This document shows positions 55,100 to 64,000 of a DNA stretch of 64,000 nucleotides, piece by piece. The DNA lies in assembly GCF_009914755.1 (NCBI RefSeq), contig NC_060933.1; one strand, 5' to 3'. This DNA comes from the human T2T-CHM13v2.0 reference genome, Homo sapiens. The notes beneath the pieces are model-generated. The model saw only the letters and a list, made by a program, of their open reading frames with translations. It ran no database searches and was not told where the DNA came from. The position numbers and the translations under genes were made by a program. The stretch's first letter is position 1, and each line of letters starts with the position of its first letter.

Positions 55100-58000
55100 A
55101 TGGAATGGAATGCAATGGCATGGAATCAACCCGAGTGCAATCGAATGGAATCGAATGGAATGGAATGCAATGGAATGGATTCAACTTGAATGGAATGGAA
55201 AGAATGGAATCAACAAGAGTGGAATGGCATGGATTGGAATGGAATGGAATTGAATCAGTCCGAGTACAGGGGAATGGAATGGAATGGAATGCAATGGAAT
55301 GGAATCATCCGTAATGGAATGGAAAGGAATGGAAAGGAATGGAATGGAATGGAATGGAATGGAATGGAATCAACTCGATTGCAATCGAATGGAATGGAAT
55401 GGAATTAACCCGAATAGAATGGCATGGAATGGAATGGAACGGAACGGAATGGAATGGAATGGAATGGAATAGAACGGAACGGAACGGAATGGAATGGAAT
55501 GGAATGGAATGGAATGGAATCTTCCGGAATGGAATGGAATGGAATAGAATGGAATGAAATGCAATGGATTCAACTCGATTGCAATGGAATGGAATAGAAT
55601 GGAATGGAATGGAATGGAATGGAATGGAATGGAATGGAATGGAATTAACCCGAATAGAATGGAATGGAATCGAATGGAACGGAATGGAACGGAACGGAAT
55701 GGAATGGAATGCAATGGAATGGTATGGAATGGAATGGAATGGTACGGAATAGAATGGAATGGAACGAACTGTAATGGAATGGAATTGAATGGAATGGAAT
55801 GGAATGGAATCAACACGAGTGCAGGGGAATGTAATGGAACGGAATGCAATGGAATGGAATCATCCGGAATGGAATGGAATGGAATGGAATGGAAAGGAAT
55901 CAACCCGAGTGCAATCGAATGGAGTGGAATGGAATGGAATGGAATGGAACAACCCGAATGGAATAGAATGTAATGGAGAGTAAGGGAGTTGAATACAATC
56001 AATCCGAATGTAGTGGAATGGAATGCAACGGAATGGAATGGAATGTAATGGAATGGAATGCAATGGAATGGAATCAACCCGAGTACAATGGAATGGAATG
56101 GAATGGAATGGAATGGAATGGAATGGAATGGAATGGAATACCTTGAAACCGAATGGAATGGAAAGGAATGGAATCAACACAAGTGGAATGGAATGGAATG
56201 GAATGGAGTGGAATGGAATGGAATGGAATGGAATGATACGGAATAGAATGGAATGGAACAAAATGGAATGAAATGGAATGGAATGGAATGGAATGGAATG
56301 GAATGGAATGGAATGGAATGGAATGGAATCGTTCCGAGTGGAATAGGAGGGAATGTATTCGAGTGGAATGGAAAGGAATGGAATCAACCAGAGTGGAATG
56401 GAAGGGAATGGAATGGAATGGAAACTAATAGAATGGAATCAACCCGAGTGGAATGGAATGGAAAGGACTGGAATGGAAAGGAATGGAATGGAATGGAATG
56501 GAATGGAATGGAATGGAATGGAATGGAATCAACGCGAGTGCAGGGGAATGGAATAGAATGGAATGGAATGGAATGGAATGGAATGGAATCAACCCGAGTG
56601 CAGGGGAATGTAATGGAACGGAATGCAATGGAATGGAATCATCCGGAATGGAATGGAATGGAATGGAATGGAATCAACACGAGTGCAATGGAATGGAGTG
56701 GAATGGAATGGAATGGAATTGAGAGGAACAACCCGAATGGAATGGAATGTAATGGAGAGTAAGGGAGTTGAAAAGAATCAATCCGAATGTAATGGAATGG
56801 AATGGATCGGAATGGAATGGAATGGAATGGAATGGAATGGAATGGAATGGAATGGAATCAACCCGAGTACAATGGAATGGAATGGAATGGAATGGAATGG
56901 AATGGAATGGAATGCAATGGAATGGAATCTTCCGGAATTGAATGGAATGGAATGGAATGGAATGGAATGCAATGGATTCAACTCGATTGCAATGGAATGG
57001 AATAGAGTGGAATGGAATGGAATTAAACCGCATAGAATGGAATGGAATGGAATGGAACGGAACGGAACGGAATGGAACGGAGTGGAATGGAATGGAATGG
57101 AATTGTATGGAATGGAATGGAATGGTACGGAATAGAAAGGAATGCAAAGAATTGGAATGGAATGGAATGGAATGGAATGGAGTGGAATGGAATGGAATCA
57201 ACCAGAGTGCAGGGGAATGTAATGGAACGGAATGCAATGGAATGGAATCATCCGGAATGGAATGGAATGCAACGGAATGAAATGGAATGGAATGGAATGT
57301 AATGGAATGCAATGGAATGGAATCAACCCGAGTACAATGGAATGGAATGGAATGGAATGGAATGGAATGGAATGGAATGCCTTCAAACCGAATGGAATGG
57401 AAAGGAATGGAATCAACACGAATGGAATGGAATGGAATGGAATGGAATGGAATGGAATGATACGCAATAGAATGGAATGGAACGAAATGGAATGGAATGG
57501 AATGGAATGGAATGGAATGGAATGGAATGGAATGGAATGGAATCTTTCCGAGTGGAATAGGAGGGAATGTGTTCGAGTGGAATGGAAAGGAATGGAATCA
57601 ACCAGAGTGGAATGGAAGGGAATGGAATGGAATGGAAACTAATAGAATGGAATCAACCCGAGTGGAATGGAATGGAAAGGACTGGAATGGAATGGAATGG
57701 AATGGAATGGAATGGAATCAACTCGATTGTAATGGAATGGAATGGAATGGAATTAACCCGAATACAATGGAATGGAATGCAATGGAACGGAATGGAGTGG
57801 AATGGAATGGAATCAACCCGAGTGCAGGGGAACGGAATGGAATGGAATGCAATGGAATGGAATCATCCGGAATGGAATGGAATGGAATGGAATGGAATCA
57901 ACCCGAGTGCAATGGAATGGAGTGGAATGGAATGGAATCAACCCGAGTGCAGGGGAGTGGAATGGAATGGAATTCAATGGAATGGAATCATCCGTAATGG

Positions 58001-61000
58001 AATAGAAAGGAATGGAATGGAATGGAATGGAATGGAATGGAATGGAATGGAATCAAAACGATTGCAATCGAATGGAATGGAATGGAATTAACCCGAATAG
58101 AATGGAATGGAATGGAATGGAACGGAAAGGAATGGAATAGAATGGAATTGAACGGAACGGAATGGAATGGAATGGAATGGAATGGAATGGAATGGAATGG
58201 AATCAACGTGAGTGCAGGGGAATGGAATGGAATGGAATGCAATGGAATGGAAACTTCCGGAATGGAATGGAATGGAATGGAATGGAATGAAATGCAATGG
58301 ATTCAACTCGATTGCAATGGAATGGAATAGAATGGAATGGAATGGAATGGAATGGAATTAATCCGAATTGAATGGAATTGAATGTAATGGAAAGGAATGG
58401 AACGGAATGGAATGGAATGGAATGGTATGGAATGGAATGGAATGGTACGGAATAGAATGGAATGGAACGAATTGTAATGGAATGGAATTGAACGGAAAGG
58501 AATGGAATGGAATGGAATCAACGAGAGTGCAGGGGAATGTAATGGAATGGAATGCAATGGAAAGGAATCATACGGAACGGAATGGAATGGAATGGAATGG
58601 AATGGTATGGAATCAACCCGAGTGCAATGGAATGGAGTGGAATGGAATGGAATGCAATGGAACAACCCGAATGGAATGGAACGTAATGGAGAGTTAGGGA
58701 GTTGAATGGAATCAATCCGAATGTAATGGAATGAAATGCAACGGAATGGAATGGAATGGAATGCAATGGAATGGAATCAACTTGAGTACAATGGAATGGA
58801 ATGGAATGGAATGGAATGGAATGGAATGGAATGCAATAAAATGGAATGATATGGAATAGAATGGAATGGAACGAAATGGAATGGAATGGAAGGGAATGGA
58901 ATGGAATCGTTCCGAGTGGAATAGGAGGGAATGTATTCGAGTGGAATGGAAAGGAATGGAATCAACCAGAGTGCAATGGAAGGGAATGGAATGGAATGGA
59001 AACTAATAGAATGGAATCAACTCAAGTGGAATGGAATGGAAAGGACTGGAATGGAATGGAATGGAATGGAATCAACTCGATTGTAATGGAATGGAATGGA
59101 ATGGAATGGAATGGAATGGAATGGAGTGGAATGGAATGGAATCAACCCGAGTGCAGGGGAATGGAATGGAATGGAATGCAATGGAATGGAATCATCCGGA
59201 ATGGAATGGAATGGAATGGAATGCAAAGCAATGGAATCAACTCGATTGCAATGGAATGGAATGGAATGGAAAGGAATACATTGGAATCAAACAGAGTGGA
59301 ATGGAATGGAAAGGACTGGAATGGAGTGGAATGGAATGGAATGGAATGGAATGGAATGGAATCAACTCGATTGGAATGGAATGGAATGGAATGGAATGGA
59401 ATGGAATTAACCCGAATAGAATGGAGTGGAATGGAATGGAACGGAACGGAATGGAATGGAAAGGAATGGAATGGAATGCAATGGAATGGAATGGAATGGA
59501 ATCAACCCGACTGCAGGGGAATGGAATGGAATGGAATGCAATGGAATGGATTCAACTTGAATGGAATGGTAAGAATGGAATCAACACGAGTGGAATGGCA
59601 TGGATTGGAATGGAATGGAATGGAATCAACCCGAGTACAGCGGAATGGAATGGAATGGAATGCAATGGAATGGAATCATCCGTAATGGAATGGAAAGGAA
59701 TGGAATGGAATGGAATGGAATGGAATGGAATGGAATGGAATGGAATCAACTCGATTGCAATCGAATGGAATGGAATGGAATTAACAAGAATAGAATGGAA
59801 TGGAATGGAATGGAATGGAACGGAACGGAATGGAATGGATTGGAATGGAATGGAATGGAATGGAATGGAATGGAACGGAAAGGAATGGAATAGAATGGAA
59901 TGGAATGGAATGGAATGGAATGGAATCAACGCGAGTGCAGGGGAATGGAATGGAATGGAATGCAATGGAATGGAATCTTCCGGAATGGAATGGAATGGAA
60001 TGGAATGGAATGGAATGGAATTAACCCGAATACAATGGAATGGAATGGAATGGAACGGAATGGAGTGGAATGGAATGGAAGCAACCCGAGTGCAGGGGAT
60101 TAGAATGGAATGGAATGCAATGGAATGGAATCATCCGGAATGGAATGGAATGGAATGGAATGCAAAGCAATGGAATCAACTCGATTGCAATGGAATGGAA
60201 TGGAATGGAAAGGAATACATTGGAATCAACCCGAGTGGAATGGAATGGAAAGGACTGGAATGGAGTGGAATGGAATGGAATGGAATGGAATGAAATCAAC
60301 TCGATTGGAATGGAATGGAATGGAATGGAATGGAATGGAATGGAATGGAATGGAATGGAATTAACCCGAATAGAATGGACTGGAATGGAATGGAACGGAA
60401 TGGAATGGAAAGGAATGGAATGGAATGGAATGGAATGGAATCAACCCGATTGCAGGGGAATGGAATGGAATGGAATGCAATGGAATGGATTCAACTTGAA
60501 TGGAATGGAAAGAATGGAATCAACACGAGTGGAATGGCATGGATTGGAATGGAATGGATTGCAATCAACCCGAGTACAGGGGAATGGAATGGAATGGAAT
60601 GCAATGGAATGGAATCATCCGTAATGGAATGGAAAGGAATGGAATGGAATGGAATGGAATGGAATGCAATGGAATCAACTCGATTGCAATCCAATGGAAT
60701 GGAATGGAATTAACCCGAATAGAATGGAATGGAATGGAATGGAATGGAACGGAACGGAATGGAATGGATTGGAATGGAATGGAATGGAATGGAATGGAAA
60801 GGAAAGGAATGGAATGGAATGGAATGGAATGGAATGGAATGGAATGGAATGGAATCAACGCGAGTGCAGGGGAATGGAATGGAATAGAATTCAATGGAAT
60901 GGAATCTTCCGGAATGGCATGGAATGGAATGGAATGGAATGGAATGGAAGAAACCCGAGTGCAATGGAATGGAGTGGAATGGAATGGAATGGAATGGAAC

Positions 61001-61120
61001 AACCCGAATGGAATGGAATGTAATGGAGAGTAAGGGAGTTGAATAGAATCAATCCGAATGTAATGGAATGGAATGGAAGGGAATGGAATGGAATGGAATG
61101 CAATGGAATGCAATGGAATG
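55100..61120 (+). repeat. ~6.08 kb repeat unit, copy 1 (the first ~2.8 kb is demonstrably repeated)
   Basis: ORF pairs 55554/61642, 56023/62111, 56942/63020 and 57232/63310 have offsets 6078-6088. Private markers: GAATACCTTGAAACCG, TTAAACCGCATAG, GATACGCAATAG, AATCTTTCCGAG. Confidence 0.85.
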
Positions 61121-64000
61121 CAATGGAATGCAATGGCATGGAATCAACCCGAGTGCAATCGAATGGAATCGAATGGAATGGAATGCAATGGAATGGATTC
61201 AACTTGAATGGAATGGAAAGAATGGAATCAACACGAGTGGAATGGCATGGATTGGAATGGAATGGAATGGAATCAATCCGAGTACAGGGGAATGGAATGG
61301 AATGGAATGCAATGGAATGGAATCATCCGTAATGGAATGGAAAGGAATGGAAAGGAATGGAATGGAATGGAATGGAATGGAATGGAATGGAATGGAATCA
61401 ACTCGATTGCAATCGAATGGAATGGAATGGAATTAACCCGAATAGAATGGCATGGAATGGAATGGAACGGAACGGAATGGAATGGAATGGAATGGAATGG
61501 AACGGAACGGAACGGAATGGAATGGAATGGAATGGAATGGAATGGAATGGAATGGAATCAACGCGAGTGCAGGGGAATGGAATGGAATGGAATGCAATGG
61601 AATGGAATCTTCCGGAATGGAATGGAATGGAATAGAATGGAATGAAATGCAATGGATTCAACTCGATTGCAATGGAATGGAATAGAATGGAATGGAATGG
61701 AATGGAATGGAATGGAATGGAATGGAATGGAATTAACCCGAACAGAATGGAATGGAGTGGAATGGAACGGAATGGAACGGAACGGAATGGAATGGAATGC
61801 AATGGAATCGTATGGAATGGAATGGAATGGTACGGAATAGAATGGAATGGAACGAACTGTAATGGAATGGAATTGAATGGAATGGAATGGAATGGAATCA
61901 ACGCGAGTGCAGGGGAATGTAATGGAACGGAATGCAATGGAATGGAATCATCCGGAATGGAATGGAATGGAATGGAATGGAAAGGAATCAACCCGAGTGC
62001 AATCGAATGGAGTGGAATGGAATGGAATGGAATGGAACAACCCGAATGGAATAGAATGTAATGGAGAGTAAGGGAGTTGAATAGAATCAATCCGAATGTA
62101 GTGGAATGGAATGCAACGGAATGGAATGGAATGTAATGGAATGGAATGCAATGGAATGGAATCAACCCGAGTACAATGGAATGGAATGGAATGGAATGGA
62201 ATGGAATGGAATGGAATGGAATGGAATACCTTGAAACCGAATGGAATGGAAAGGAATGGAATCAACACAAGTGGAATGGAATGGAATGGAATGGAGTGGA
62301 ATGGAATGGAATGGAATGGAATGATACGGAATAGAATGGAATGGAACAAAATGGAATGAAATGGAATGGAATGGAATGGAATGGAATGGAATGGAATGGA
62401 ATGGAATCGTTCCGAGTGGAATAGGAGGGAATGTATTCGAGTGGAATGGAAAGGAATGGAATCAACCAGAGTGGAATGGAAGGGAATGGAATGGAATGGA
62501 AACTAATAGAATGGAATCAACCCGAGTGGAATGGAATGGAAAGGACTGGAATGGAAAGGAATGGAATGGAATGGAATGGAATGGAATGGAATGGAATGGA
62601 ATGGAATGGAATCAACGCGAGTGCAGGGGAATGGAATAGAATGGAATGGAATGGAATGGAATGGAATGGAATCAACCCGAGTGCAGGGGAATGTAATGGA
62701 ACGGAATGCAATGGAATGGAATCATCCGGAATGGAATGGAATGGAATGGAATGGAATCAACACGAGTGCAATGGAATGGAGTGGAATGGAATGGAATGGA
62801 ATTGAAAGGAACAACCCGAATGGAATGGAATGTAATGGAGAGTAAGGGAGTTGAAAAGAATCAATCCGAATGTAATGGAATGGAATGGATCGGAATGGAA
62901 TGGAATGGAATGGAATGGAATGGAATGGAATGGAATGGAATCAACCCGAGTACAATGGAATGGAATGGAATGGAATGGAATGGAATGGAATGCAATGGAA
63001 TGGAATCTTCCGGAATTGAATGGAATGGAATGGAATGGAATGGAATGCAATGGATTCAACTCGATTGCAATGGAATGGAATAGAGTGGAATGGAATGGAA
63101 TTAAACCGCATAGAACGGAATGGAATGGAATGGAACGGAACGGAACGGAATGGAACGGAGTGGAATGGAATGGAATGGAATTGTATGGAATGGAATGGAA
63201 TGGTACGGAATAGAAAGGAATGCAAAGAATTGGAATGGAATGGAATGGAATGGAATGGAATGGAATGGAATGGAATCAACCAGAGTGCAGGGGAATGTAA
63301 TGGAACGGAATGCAATGGAATGGAATCATCCGGAATGGAATGGAATGCAACGGAATGAAATGGAATGGAATGGAATGTAATGGAATGCAATGGAATGGAA
63401 TCAACCCGAGTACAATGGAATGGAATGGAATGGAATGGAATGGAATGGAATGGAATGCCTTCAAACCGAATGGAATGGAAAGGAATGGAATCAACACGAA
63501 TGGAATGGAATGGAATGGAATGGAATGGAATGGAATGGAATGGAATGATACGCAATAGAATGGAATGGAACGAAATGGAATGGAGTGGAATGGAATGGAA
63601 TGGAATGGAATGGAATGGAATGGAATCTTTCCGAGTGGAATAGGAGGGAATGTGTTCGAGTGGAATGGAAAGGAATGGAATCAACCAGAGTGGAATGGAA
63701 GGGAATGGAATGGAATAGAAACTAATAGAATGGAATCAACCCGAGTGGAATGGAATGGAAAGGACTGGAATGGAATGGAATGGAATGGAATGGAATGGAA
63801 TCAACTCGATTGTAATGGAATGGAATGGAATGGAATTAACCCGAATACAATGGAATGGAATGCAATGGAACGGAATGGAGTGGAATGGAATGGAATCAAC
63901 CCGAGTGCAGGGGAACGGAATGGAATGGAATGCAATGGAATGGAATCATCCGGAATGGAATGGAATGGAATGGAATGGAATCAACCCGAGTGCAATGGAA
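61121..64000 (+). repeat. ~6.08 kb repeat unit, copy 2, truncated by the window end
   Basis: Collinear with ~55100-57917 up to the last base (offset 6083), with scattered substitutions and 5n indels. Confidence 0.9.

Larger units (their letters stand above)
1..64000 (+). repeat. Classical Satellite III (HSat3) pericentromeric array, (GGAAT)n with CAACCCGAGT-family spacers; continues past both window ends
   Basis: GGAAT pentamer runs throughout, interrupted every ~30-150 bp by CAACCCGAGT, CAACTCGATT, TAACCCGAAT and similar spacers. The reverse complement (ATTCC)n + ACTCGGGTTG is the classical SatIII signature. Long pure pentamer runs argue against HSat2. One orientation throughout. Confidence 0.98.
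15401..64000 (+). repeat. Sub-domain B: more homogeneous, module-structured HSat3
   Basis: Dominated by CAACGCGAGTGCAGGGG...CTTCCGG, GGAAAGGAAGGGAAT, GAGAGTAAGGGAGTTGAATAG and CGTTCCGAGTGGAATAGGAGGG modules. Contains all the near-identical multi-kb duplications. Confidence 0.7.

Noticed and set aside
42-63684. Hundreds of ORFs on both strands (MEWNG and IPFHS repeats)
   Set aside because: (GGAAT)n has no stop codon in any frame and supplies an ATG every 5 bp. The ORFs overlap in all six frames, show no domains, and end only where a variant pentamer makes a stop. They are not genes.
1-64000. CRISPR-like repeat-spacer arrangement
   Set aside because: The intervening sequence is itself GGAAT repeat rather than unique spacers, the spacing is irregular, and there is no leader or cas gene.
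1-64000. HSat2, DYZ1 or telomeric repeat identity
   Set aside because: The sequence lacks the HSat2 (CATTCGATTC)-dominated pattern and TTAGGG, and I saw no 3.56 kb period. The CAACCCGAGT spacers indicate SatIII.
1-64000. Embedded transposon, gene fragment or inversion
   Set aside because: No stretch departs from GGAAT-derived sequence for more than ~40 bp. There is no poly-A, target-site duplication or Alu/L1 sequence, and no ATTCC-oriented block.

Overview
The whole 64 kb window is one uninterrupted, single-orientation array of primate classical Satellite III (HSat3). It consists of (GGAAT)n on the + strand, punctuated by the diagnostic CAACCCGAGT-type decamer and related spacers. I see no genes, RNA genes, transposon insertions, inversions or unique sequence. 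Every ORF in the track is an arithmetic artefact of the stop-free pentamer (MEWNG / IPFHS). The real content is the internal architecture. (i) An older, more diverged domain spans ~1-15.4 kb, followed by a more homogeneous domain that contains two islands of the older type. (ii) There are nested duplications of different ages: a near-identical ~3.16-3.19 kb unit in ~2.7 tandem copies (24.2-32.7 kb), a ~6.08 kb duplication (55.1 kb to the end), a ~1.8 kb duplication, a dispersed 4 kb paralogue that reveals a motif-bounded 1087 bp junction, and several 85-915 bp duplications. (iii) The spacer motifs follow a fixed order and spacing. (iv) One spacer variant, GGAAT-CTTCC-GGAAT, is a perfect canonical heat-shock element. 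It occurs about 42 times (hand count), is unevenly distributed, and is densest in the most recently amplified block. The motif content resembles, from memory, the pHuR98/9q12-type SatIII, but species and chromosome cannot be fixed without alignment. All counts and offsets were read by eye or from the ORF track, so boundaries are approximate.
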